Positions 50,296-60,531 of a DNA stretch of 64,000 bases are shown piece after piece. The position numbers and the translations under genes are program-made. The stretch spans positions 64,001 through 128,000 of the IMG/VR virus record IMGVR_UViG_3300013936_000015; one strand, given 5' to 3'. The notes below the pieces were generated by a model. The model saw only the letters and a list, made by a program, of their open reading frames with translations. It was not told where the DNA came from and did no database searches. This stretch comes from a virus. Lineage: Duplodnaviria > Caudoviricetes. Within the stretch, counting starts at the first letter, position 1; each line of letters begins with the position of its first letter.

Positions 50296-52232
50296 AAAAC
50301 CTTATTCCAAAACAACAACATGGTAATAAGATATGGTTCGATACATCTGTCCGATATAAAAATAAACAAAATGGTAAAGGAGTATGGAAAAGAGGAAACC
50401 ATATAATTCCTCTCGGTAATAAAATAAAAAATAAAGATGGTTCATACTGGCAATTAAATAGTGATGGTACACATACTGTATTATATACAAAAAGAGGATA
50501 TGTAAATAGAAAACTCGTTAATGATGCAACATAGAAAGCAATGAAAGAAGGAAGTGTATATGATAGTACCACTAAAAGGGGAACTAAAATAGGATGGAGA
50601 GCTGATAATAGCTTGTTATCAGACCATGATAGAAAAATGATAAGACAACAAGCACAAGCGTCTAATGTTGCAAATAATACTCCTAGTAATGTATATAATA
50701 CACCAACTAGTAATTGGGATCCCGGAAAAACCCCTATTAAAAATAAAAGGGATTATTAGAAATGGTGGATAGCTGTTAACCCTGATTCTGGAGATAGATA
50801 TGATTCTTGGCAAGATATGCAGACTGCTTATGATGCATATTAGCAAAAATTAAATGGAAAGCCAGTAAATATTACTTACATTCCTACATATTTTTATGAT
50901 CCTGCAAAAATAAAAGAGTAGAATCAATATGCTTATTAGTTATCACAATATGGTACTCTACATGATATCATCTATAAAAAAGGAGGACCAATGAGATTGT
51001 TGAAAGAACTAACAGCTAAAACAGAAAAAGCAACAAAAAACATATCTAAAATTACAGAAAAACCCTCTCAAAAACTATTACAACAAAAACCAAAAACTCC
51101 ACAAAATAAAAAACTAACTAAACACGTATAGGGAGAAGAAGCAGTTAGAATGTTTAAAGAGTATGGAGGTATACCAATTCCAAAAAAAAGTGTTAATGGA
51201 AAACAATTAAGAATGTATGTAAATGAAGCTAGAGAAAAATATGGATTAGTGGGTAATAAAAATATTACTGATACAGAAATAGCTCAGGCTTTATATAAAC
51301 ACGTAAAAGAATTGGGTAAAGGAAGTGCTGCTAAAAATTCATAGGGAGAACCATAGCTGCTATTTAGAGGGGATACTAAATCATATACTCAGCTAAAAGA
51401 TAGAGAACTAGATACTGATTATATAGTTATGGATAACGGCTTGGGAACACTGTTTACTGGAGAATTTCCGGGGTATCGAGCGGATTACCCACTCAGAGTT
51501 GGATCATCTAGATATTTAGATGGATGGTATCTAAACCCAGAAACTGGAAAATGGACATATAGAAATGGAGGTACAGGAACTAATAATAATACACAAAAAG
51601 GATACCAGATGTTCTATAGACCCTTTCCAAATAAACACGGTGAATTACACCCAGCAGGATTTATAAAAGCAGCTTCTACTCCAGAACACCCTAATGACTT
51701 AAATGCATTTGTAGTAAGAACACCAGCAGTAAGAAATTCAGATAGAGAAATTAGCGTTCTTAATGATGATTTATTATTAAGATTACCAACACTTAAAACA
51801 CAACGCTATAAATATAATAAGGATGAAAAAAGAATCGTAGATACAGAAATGACACCAGAAAGATAGGCATCTAAAGAAATGATGGACAGGATTCTGGGAA
51901 TATCACCAGAAAAACGATAGAAAATGACAGATAAAAGCGCATTGTATGAACATTATTTTAATGTACTACAAGACGCAGAAAGAAAACAACAAGGACTTTT
52001 AAAATCATCTAGAATCGGTGAAAATGGAGTGACTAGCAAAAATAGTTTAAGAGAAGAACATCCTTATTATTCATACTTTGTGGTACCTAATTTTAATAAA
52101 TAGAATGTAAAACATATATTACCCTATGATTTACGTATTCCCCGAAATTGGAATGATCCAAATATCTTTAGAATAATCGTACCAACTATAGGAATTACAG
52201 GAGTAGTAAACTCTAATAACCAATCTTCTTGA
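50292..52232 (+). CDS. Multi-domain protein with a C-terminal ADP-ribosyltransferase-like (ART-PolyVal-like) domain (646 aa, TAG=Gln)
   Basis: One frame to TGA 52230. GEPQLLFRGD, GLGTLFTG, EEH..YFVVP..QNVKH and WNDPNIFR resemble ART-PolyVal motifs. Confidence 0.55.
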
Positions 52233-52263
52233 TATATAATTGTTCCATAGTAAAACTACATTA

Positions 52264-52554
52264 ATGGATAAATCATTTAATTCATTTTTAAAAAAATATA
52301 AACATACTCATAAATGTATATTATGTGGTGAAAATGCGGATTGCTGTCTGGAATTTCACCACATAATACCAAAAGAAAAATCTTTCTCACTTAGAAGTAT
52401 AAATGAAAGCAAGTATAGTAAGGAAGAACTAATTAAAGAGGTAAATAAAACTTGCCTACTTTGTAGTAATTGTCATAGAAAACTACATAATAAGATATTA
52501 TAGGTATCAAATGAAGAACTATTAGAGAAGAAAGTAAATGTAAAAGATTATTGA
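52264..52554 (+). CDS. HNH endonuclease
   Basis: CILCG..CLEFHH..CLLCSNCHRKLH. Reads through TAG 52501 to TGA 52552. Confidence 0.8.
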
Positions 52555-52555
52555 T

Positions 52556-52789
52556 ATGAAAAATGTAATACAATGTGTTAGAAGTATATTCTCCGCAGAT
52601 TCTGATTCTATATCCTCTAAAAGAATATGTGGATTCATCGGATGGATAGTATGCTTAATAATAACACTATATTGTTCATATACTAATAAACAAGCACCAG
52701 AAATTACTGACACAGTAGTAATAACTAGCGCAGCATTGTTAGGAGTGGATAGTATAACAGGAATATGGAAACGAAATGATAGACTTTAA
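52556..52789 (+). CDS. Small two-TM membrane protein (holin-like)
   Basis: ISSKRICGFIGW..AALLGVDSITGIW, directly upstream of the lysin. Confidence 0.6.
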   Translation: MKNVIQCVRSIFSADSDSISSKRICGFIGWIVCLIITLYCSYTNKQAPEITDTVVITSAALLGVDSITGIWKRNDRL

Positions 52790-53957
52790 AAACCACCTAG
52801 CTGAATATGTGGATATGGGATTTGAACCAGTAATGGATAAAGCATATCTAAATATACAAAACCTACAAAATAATTTAGATGATATTCAAAAACAAACTAA
52901 AAAATTATCCACATTTGAATAGTTTCAAAAAAATAGCCAAGATATTAAAAGCAACTTTCCAAAAATATCTGTAAATACAGATATGACACTGCCAGAACTA
53001 TTAGACCAAGAAGGAGTACACTATAAAATAACAAGCGCATATAGACCTAATAGTAAAACAAAATAGGGAAGAAAAAGTAACCATAGTGTAAAAAATGGAG
53101 CATATGATATAAAACCCGCTGATGGATACTCATGGGATGATTTGAAAAGAGAAATATATTCTAATAAGAATATAAGAATGTGGATGGAAAAAAAAGGATG
53201 GGGAATAATAGATGAAACAAACCCATCCACAATGAAACAAACAGGAGCAACAGGACCACATTGGCATTTCGGACCAGATACACTGGCAGTAAAACAATGG
53301 AATGATAATGTCATAAGATATGGACAAAATGGATTTAAATTTGAAGATAACCTCTCTCAAACAATACCTACAAACGTAAATAATAAAACATCTATATTAC
53401 AATATATTGATGATATCGAATCACAACTAGATGATGATGACGATGATGATGAAAACCCATTCACAAAGAAAATAGAAACACCAGATGATGCACTGTTCCC
53501 TATAATAAAACCAAAAATACCTAAAATGAAAGAAGATAAAAAAGAAACTAAATACACAGGAAATATTCCAAATCTTATACACGAAATGATTCCAGATCAA
53601 CAAAAAGCAGATATACTTACTAGTATCGCTTACTAGGAATCAAGATTTAATCCAAACGCCAAAAACCCAACTTCTAGTGCCAGCGGATTGTTCCAATAGA
53701 CAAATGCTAATAAACAAAAATATGGATATGGAGATGTAAGAACATAGATTAATGCTGCTAGTAAAATGTATGATGATGGATTAAAAGAAATTAATAAACT
53801 AACTAGTAAATATGGTAATAGAGGTAAAACCCTTAAACAACTAATGTACGCCTACTGGTTTAGACCAGCAAGCCTTAGAAATTTCCTTATAAATGGAAAT
53901 GATTCATATAGTGATGCACAAGGAACAAATATTAATAAAATAATGAGTAAAGTCTAA
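52776..53957 (+). CDS. Two-domain peptidoglycan hydrolase: M15-like Zn peptidase plus SLT/lysozyme-like domain (393 aa, TAG=Gln)
   Basis: ITSAYRP..SNH..AYDI..HWHF and IAYQESRFNPNAKNP.SSASGLFQ motifs in one frame. Confidence 0.75.
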
Positions 53958-53958
53958 T

Positions 53959-56403
53959 ATGGCAGAATTATAGGAAGTAACAGTTACCGCAGCTCGACCA
54001 AAATATAGTAAGAGATTCGGAAACTTTTATTATAGCCCAAGTAAAAAAAGATGGTTTAATAAAAACCAATCGGGATTCATACCTAAAGGTAATAGAATAT
54101 TCTTTAATAATAAAATCCTACAACTAAATTCTGATGGATCCATAACAACACTAAAAGATGATAAAATAGATAGAAGAAGTACATGGGAAAAAACATATGC
54201 TAAAAAATGGGGAAACCAACCATACACTTTAAAAAATCTAAAAACAGAAGCATAGCTGGATTATTATAATAAAACACTCCCTAAAGAAAAACCTGATTGG
54301 CTGACATAGGCAAGAATAAATACTTCAGAAAATAAAAGTAGATATCTAGAAGGAAAGAAAAAACTAAAACAAGGAATCAAAGATAAAGATACTAAATACG
54401 CAATATCTAGAGACAAAAGAACCAAATTAGGATATGAAACTGCTGATGCTATAAAAGATACATTCGCAGGAATGATAGGTGCTACAGCAGCCGTAGCTGC
54501 AGCCCCTACTGCCGCTCTATATCCTATTATACACCCGGGAAGATTTATAGCTTCAGTAGCAAGCTCAAGTGCTGCAGACGCTGCTTTACAAAAAGCAGGA
54601 TTAGATGATAAATCTTTAAAAGGATTCGGAAAACCTGTAAGAACCCTTTTATCTATGTTTGCAGGAGGAATGGGAGATGTTGCAGCTAATACTATAAAAC
54701 AAGGATTAGTAGCACTAGAAACTAAAGCCGCAAATCAAGGAACTAAAACACTACTCGGAAGTTTTGCAAATAAAGCTAAAGATAGTGCTATATTCGGAGA
54801 AAGAGGACTCTTAAACCCAACTATCAGAGGAACTGAAGGACAAACACCATTCTTCGTAACACCAGAAAATAGTATTAAATTCAATGCTAAAAATATAGTA
54901 CCAAATGTTTTATTACAAGCACCTAATGCCGCTGTGGGAACTGCTGTAAGCCTTGGAGCACAAACAGTAGAACCAGATTTTGTAAAACAATCAACAATAG
55001 GAAATGCAATTTGGAATTATACAGTTCCATTATTATTGGGAAAAGGAGCTGTCAGAAAAGCTGCATATAGTGCTGAAAGAGGTTCTCATGGATAGGATAA
55101 TCCTATCAATGGAGCATAGGATTTTGTAAACTATATGAAAGCTAGATTCTCCCTCCTCCCTATAAAAAGTGGTGAAAAACAATTGATGCCGTGGAATCCA
55201 AGATATAGAGAAGCTATTAGACAAATGGATAATTATAATAATAGCTTAAAAAGAAATAAATCTGGAGAAACAAAAGAAGCACTTGAATGGAAATAGTATC
55301 TTAAAGATAACCCAGATATGAGAGAGTCTTTATAGCAGGTTGTTCAAATTAGAAAATTTGCCGCCCCATATACCGGAACATATGCTACTAATAATCCAGA
55401 AGGAAACGCAAATGCATTCGGAGCAAATAATCTTGGAGTATCCGCAAGAGGATCAGTTAATGGTAAAAAATTGTCAGATATAGAAGGATTTACAGATCAA
55501 CAATTTAAAACACCTACATATAATGAATTTACATCACCTCTGGGAAGCGTATACCAAGGAAGAAACTATGGAGTAAAATCTGTAGATGATATGCTGAGAA
55601 CTCTATCACTGGCTAATGGAACAAAAAATGAATCTAATATGTTCGCAATAACTACTAATGCTGGATAGGAAAATGCTAAAAATATGTTTAAAGAATTAAA
55701 CTCCCTATATGTATATGTAAATGGAAAACTTACACCATTAGTAAATAATGGACAAATAGATATGAATGCTCTACAAAACTCTGGAATTAGTATGAGAAGT
55801 AGAGATTTCCAACTAGGAACTGATGCAACTACAGGAAAAAGAATAGTCAGTAATGTGGACGGACATAGAGCATACCCAACATTTAGAATCGGAAAAGATG
55901 GAACTCCACAAAAAGCATATACTATACAAGTGGATGTGGCAGGAGGGGCTACTATGGGATCTCATGGAAATACAGGACTTCTGGCACCTATGATTGATGC
56001 TACACATAAAAATACAATAGCAACAGTAAATATCCTAAAAGGCGTACCAGATGATTTACTAAAAAATAGATTCTCTAACGTAAGTAATGCAGTCCACCTA
56101 TATAACCCAGATAAATTTACAGGATTAATAAAAAAATGGGCTAATTGGAAAAATAAAAAACATATTGAAAATGCTAGATCCATTCTGCTAAATGCATATA
56201 ATTAGGAAATGAATGATATACAAACTAGATTACAATATCATCAAAACCTTTCCTATATAGACCCAATTACTAAAAATAGAGTGTTCCTGTTAAAATAGCC
56301 AACAATACCAAAGAAACTGGGAAAGAAATCAAAAGGAGAAATATTGTGGACTCCATTTGAAACTTACTATAATACAATAATGCAAAATTTAATGAAACCA
56401 TGA
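53959..56403 (+). CDS. Large effector/cargo-like protein with a hydrophobic central region (814 aa, TAG=Gln)
   Basis: Fragments 54472, 55471 and 55684 are in frame; starts MAELQEVTVTA. Confidence 0.7.
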
Positions 56404-56561
56404 TTATAATACCAATCTTACATAAGAAAAATAAATTCTCAACTATTAAACTAAAATCAATAGATAAAGATCAAAAAATGGGAAGAAAACCAGTAACATA
56501 TGTTGATGGAAAACCATGCTACCTAGATGGAATGGGAATAGCACACCCAAAAAAGAAATAA
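56400..56561 (+). CDS. Small basic hypothetical protein (53 aa)
   Basis: ATGA overlap with the upstream stop; ends just before the terminator. Confidence 0.5.
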   Translation: MIIIPILHKKNKFSTIKLKSIDKDQKMGRKPVTYVDGKPCYLDGMGIAHPKKK

Positions 56562-56564
56562 AAT

Positions 56565-56605
56565 AAAAAGCCCGACACATATAAAATATATGCCGGGCTT
56601 TTTTT
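56565..56605. terminator. Bidirectional terminator between convergent units
   Basis: aaaaagcccg..cgggctttttt. Confidence 0.75.
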
Positions 56606-56623
56606 ATAAATGAAAAAGTGAAA

Positions 56624-56782
56624 TCATCTGTCTTGATCAATACTTAACTTGTTTAACTCGTCTAAATAATCTAAATAAAATTGCTCATCCAATAACTCGT
56701 ATCGATTGGCAATATCACGTATAAACTCAATGTCATTTAAAGACTTCTTACATAATGATTTTATATATCGTGTGTTATCCAT
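56624..56782 (-). CDS. Small hypothetical protein (52 aa)
   Basis: ATG to TGA ORF overlapping the upstream stop. Confidence 0.45.
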   Translation of the reverse strand: MDNTRYIKSLCKKSLNDIEFIRDIANRYELLDEQFYLDYLDELNKLSIDQDR

Positions 56783-57017
56783 TATCCCTACTCTTTACTA
56801 CCTCACTAAATTCATCCTTATCTAAATACCAAAAAGGCTTGCTGCCATCCTTGTAATACATATTAATAAAATCTTTGGGATGTAAAGCTAAATGACATAA
56901 CACCCTAAATACATTGAAAATGTTACTGTCATCCCAACCAGAATGACTGCCACGAAAATAAATAATTATAGGTAATAAGAAAAAACCTACAATAACACCT
57001 AATAAAAACGCAAACAT
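56775..57017 (-). CDS. Small membrane protein
   Basis: N-terminal TM helix; intact ORF. Confidence 0.6.
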   Translation of the reverse strand: MFAFLLGVIVGFFLLPIIIYFRGSHSGWDDSNIFNVFRVLCHLALHPKDFINMYYKDGSKPFWYLDKDEFSEVVKSRDNG

Positions 57018-57209
57018 TAATCTAATTTCTCGTAAATATTCATTATAGTACTACCATTAGGTAATCTAAAATGATGCATGATAATAGAATCGCCAGATCC
57101 TATTTCTTAGATTTAGAAATATCTAAAATCTGTATATCATCTATAGATAGGCTCATCATACATAACCCATCTAAATAGATACCTCATAAACCTTATCTTT
57201 AAATCATAG

Positions 57210-57281
57210 TTAGGGCACCAGGATTTGAACCCAGACTAAGTGGGTTAGAGCCACCTGTGCTGACCATTACACCATACCCCA
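57210..57281 (-). tRNA. Amber-suppressor tRNA, anticodon CUA, Gln-type body
   Basis: TGGGGTATGGTGTAATGGTCAGCACAGGTGGCT-CTA-ACCCACTTAGTCTGGGTTCAAATCCTGGTGCCCTAA folds as a cloverleaf. U1-A72 pair as in tRNA-Gln. CCA not encoded. Confidence 0.92.
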
Positions 57282-57283
57282 AT

Positions 57284-57323
57284 AAAAAACCTTAAAAGTA
57301 GGCCATCACCCCTACCTTTAAGG
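57284..57323 (-). terminator. Terminator-like hairpin immediately 5' of the suppressor tRNA
   Basis: Minus strand ccttaaaggtagg-loop-cctacttttaagg followed by tttttt. Confidence 0.55.
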
Positions 57324-57342
57324 CGTTTGCCAATAAGCAAAC

Positions 57343-57705
57343 TTATTTAACCAGCTGATTAAGTTTGTCTATGTAAACCTTTAATACTAACTTAATTAAC
57401 TCCTTGATCTTATCGTAATCACCATTATCATATAACTTATTAACAATAACAAGAGGCTTACCAGTAACCTCCTCAAACATATCCATTAAGATAGACCAAG
57501 TATCTTCATCTATTTCAGAAATAAACTCATCTAAATCCTTAGAAGGAGATTCCTTGCGAGTAAGAGTGATAATAACACTATCATCATCAACATTCACTAA
57601 ACCCCTGTAAGAATAATCACCGTCCGTGAAATCTAATTCCTCCGGCTAAATATTATCAAAATCCTTGATAATATCACTAAATAAATCTTCATTAAATATT
57701 TTCAT
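57343..57705 (-). CDS. Acidic hypothetical protein (120 aa, one TAG)
   Basis: ATG 57705 is in frame with track ORF 57343-57597. Confidence 0.65.
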
Positions 57706-58144
57706 AATCAAATCATTTTTATAAAACTAATATAATAATAACATTATAATTTATACCATTAAAAAATGTTAAAAAACAAAATATTACTAGTTTATAAAAA
57801 AATGAGAATCTCTTCATAATCCTATACATAAGTGCTTGAAAATCAGACATTTAAAAAATGAACCCTGAGGTCATAAAAAAAATGAGCTGACCAATACTAC
57901 TCCCTTATATCTACTACACCTCTAAGATGAATTTTTCCCTAATGAAAAAATTCTGAAAAGAAAAATGTAAAAATCTTATCTAAAAATCTAAAACTAAAAA
58001 TAAAAATGTAGGGGAAAATTATACATATTTACAACCGTAAATATAAAATGATGGAAAATAATAATGTAAGGATATAGCTATCCCTAGCCGATTCTTAACA
58101 TCTTAAAAAATCAGCCTAACAATAAAAAAATAAAATAAAAAAAA

Positions 58145-58948
58145 TTAAAGAGGAATGCCGTAACCCTCACGGAAAGATTCAATAACCTCCGCTCCAGTAA
58201 TACCTGACCCCTTATATAACTCGCCTAATAGTAACATAGTAGCATTCTCATTCTCTTCAGCAGAATAACGCTTACATAAAACAGAACGAGCCTCCGATAA
58301 ATCTATATGGCCACTCTCGTCAGTAGCCTTATAAATCTTATATAAAGCCGCATCGTCTATACAATACTCAACTAAATCGTAAGTTAACTGATATTCACGA
58401 TATGCAGAATGACGAGACTTGCGAAAAATACCATTCTCAACTAAACAATAATAACCATCCTTACACCTAATCAAACCATTACGGATAGCACACTTCAATA
58501 AAGCAATAATGTAAGGACGACAAATGTTTAACCTAGAACATAACTCACTAATCGTCCAATAACAACGATTAGTGCTGTTAACACAACAAGCCTTAAATAA
58601 AACTAAAAAACTTATTAACCTCGTATCTAAACCACTATTCAATAATCTACCTAAATCTACCTCATCATAATGAGTAGTATCAATCTTGTAAGAATTTACC
58701 CTAAAGTAACCCTTGGGACCTTTAACACCACGATACTCCTTTGTAACTAAACCTAACTCTATAAAACGCTTAATGTGACGCTTAACAGTAGAAGTACTCC
58801 GGCCATTAGATAACGTAGACTGACGAACATGACTGATGTCAGTGCGAAAATCTGAGTGCTTGCGCAATTTTAAAAATGTATAAACCTCAGATAACTTCAA
58901 TTCCTTAATGCGCTCGGGAATCTTGAAAATTTGATTACATTTTTTCAT
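58145..58948 (-). CDS. Rep/RepL-like protein with tandem winged-HTH domains
   Basis: VRQSTLS..STSTVKRHIKRFIELGLV and TISELCSRLNICRPYIIALLKCAIRNGLI HTH patterns; flanked by long non-coding DNA; TAG-free. Confidence 0.6.
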   Translation of the reverse strand: MKKCNQIFKIPERIKELKLSEVYTFLKLRKHSDFRTDISHVRQSTLSNGRSTSTVKRHIKRFIELGLVTKEYRGVKGPKGYFRVNSYKIDTTHYDEVDLGRLLNSGLDTRLISFLVLFKACCVNSTNRCYWTISELCSRLNICRPYIIALLKCAIRNGLIRCKDGYYCLVENGIFRKSRHSAYREYQLTYDLVEYCIDDAALYKIYKATDESGHIDLSEARSVLCKRYSAEENENATMLLLGELYKGSGITGAEVIESFREGYGIPL

Positions 58949-59398
58949 CTTTAAAAATTATTTGTTAATAATAATAATATATATATAAACGTACACACCA
59001 TATCAAAAAAAAAAATATAAATTGAAAAAAAAATTTATATGAAAAAATAATTAAAAAAGAAATGAGAAAAAATGAAAAAATAATGTGAAAGAAAAGAGAG
59101 AGTAGTGAAAGAGAGAAAGTTATGAGGGAGAGAGTAGAGAGAGTTGTAAGGGAGAGAGTAGTGGGGGAGAGAGTAGACAACCCTAGTCAAGCCCCCCGTC
59201 CTTCGTTATGGAAAACCGTTTCGCTATCGCTTCACGTTTTTCCATCCCTCAGTCATGGGGGGGGGATAGTAGAAAATTTGTCTTCAGCAGCAATTGCGTT
59301 AATGCTTCTGCACCGCAAAGCGGTGCGCATCATTGCGCAATACTCGCTGCACGGGCAAGCGTCCGTCCCGATTTGTCGGACGCACAACACAATTTATT

Positions 59399-59818
59399 AT
59401 GGCAATTATGAAGCTGGGGGCTTCCACCCCCAAAGTCCCTAATGGGACTTACAAACTCCTCGGCGTAGAAGCCGAGGAAAAAGAGGGGAGGAAATACCCC
59501 TCTATATCGTTCTCCCTCGAGGGGCTCGAGGGAGAGAACAAGGGCAAGAAATACCTCTTGCCCTTGGGATTCTCCTCACGCAAATGGGGCGTGCGTAAGA
59601 ACAATCGGGAATTTGAATGGATTCCCGATGAGCAGTGGGTCTCCCTCATCAGGGAGACCCCTGAAACGAATGAGTTTACCGCTAAATGGGGCGGTAAACT
59701 TCAAATCTCCCTTCGGGGAGAATTTTTCGGTGCCATCATAAAGAGTGATGGCACTTTCTTCGGTGGCACGCTTTATAGCGTGACCCCGAAACTGCCAAAA
59801 CGGGCAGCTAAAAAATAG
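59399..59818 (+). CDS. Hypothetical early protein (ends in TAG)
   Basis: ATG after an A/T-rich leader; GC-richer codons; the TAG lies in a hairpin. Confidence 0.65.
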   Translation: MAIMKLGASTPKVPNGTYKLLGVEAEEKEGRKYPSISFSLEGLEGENKGKKYLLPLGFSSRKWGVRKNNREFEWIPDEQWVSLIRETPETNEFTAKWGGKLQISLRGEFFGAIIKSDGTFFGGTLYSVTPKLPKRAAKK

Positions 59819-59986
59819 CTGCCCATTCAATCCCCATCCTCTATTTGCTGGCATTCTTTGCCAGCATTTAGGGGGTGGGGTTTTTGATTTTCTCTTACTG
59901 GAGAAAATCACCTTTCATGCTTGCTTTTCTTGCAAGCGTTCTCTTACTTCATTTTGGGGGAGTGGGATGGATTGGGAATGATTTTG

Positions 59987-60051
59987 TCAACCCCAGTCAC
60001 CGACCTATTTTATCAACCCCAGTCACCACATAGTTTTCTCAACCCCAGTCA
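59987..60051 (+). repeat. Three direct repeats TCAACCCCAGTCA at an exact 26-bp period (iteron-like)
   Basis: Copies start at 59987, 60013 and 60039. Confidence 0.85.
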
Positions 60052-60135
60052 ATGTGCGTATTAGGGAGTATTCCCTTAGCGGCAGGTTGCTGTGGTGTAT
60101 AAGGTATTGAGTGCACAATTAAAAAAAATAGGGAT

Positions 60136-60432
60136 ATGACAAAGACCATGTCCCTGTCCAAGGGTATGCGTCGACAGTTGTTCGACGTAGCTTTGGACAG
60201 GGCTGAGGTTGCATGCCCCGATGTGGCAAAGGAGATGTGGTACTTTCGTGGTGCCCATACTCCCGGAAGCCTCTTCAGTGACGTACAGCAGTATGTCGAT
60301 GAAGAGTGCTACATCGGAGAGGATGTAACCTCATATGGCAACTCTCTCTTTGGAAAGGGAGAGGAGTTCGCATATCTTCTTTCGGATGTGTACCGTGAGT
60401 ACGGATTCGGAAGATATGTGGACTTCAAGTAG
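60136..60432 (+). CDS. Hypothetical early protein (ends in TAG)
   Basis: 98-aa ORF with an A-rich leader; downstream hairpin gcacgcttttt..aaaaagcgtgc. Confidence 0.65.
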   Translation: MTKTMSLSKGMRRQLFDVALDRAEVACPDVAKEMWYFRGAHTPGSLFSDVQQYVDEECYIGEDVTSYGNSLFGKGEEFAYLLSDVYREYGFGRYVDFK

Positions 60433-60531
60433 CCGGAGTTTTCGCACGCTTTTTCTTGGCAACAGAAAAAAGCGTGCATTAGATGTTAAACCGGGAGTAG
60501 TATAGTGCTACTCCCATAAAATTAATCAAAA

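Noticed and set aside
1-56403. Fragmented ORFs as pseudogenes or a decayed prophage
   Set aside because: The interruptions examined are TAG, frames are preserved, and a suppressor tRNA is present.
57017-57187. Possible small gene downstream of the tRNA
   Set aside because: No clean frame, and the printed line at 57121 contains a 12-base block, so the local frame is uncertain.
59987-60051. 26-bp periodic repeats as a CRISPR array
   Set aside because: The 13-nt repeat and 13-nt gaps are too short; iteron-like instead.
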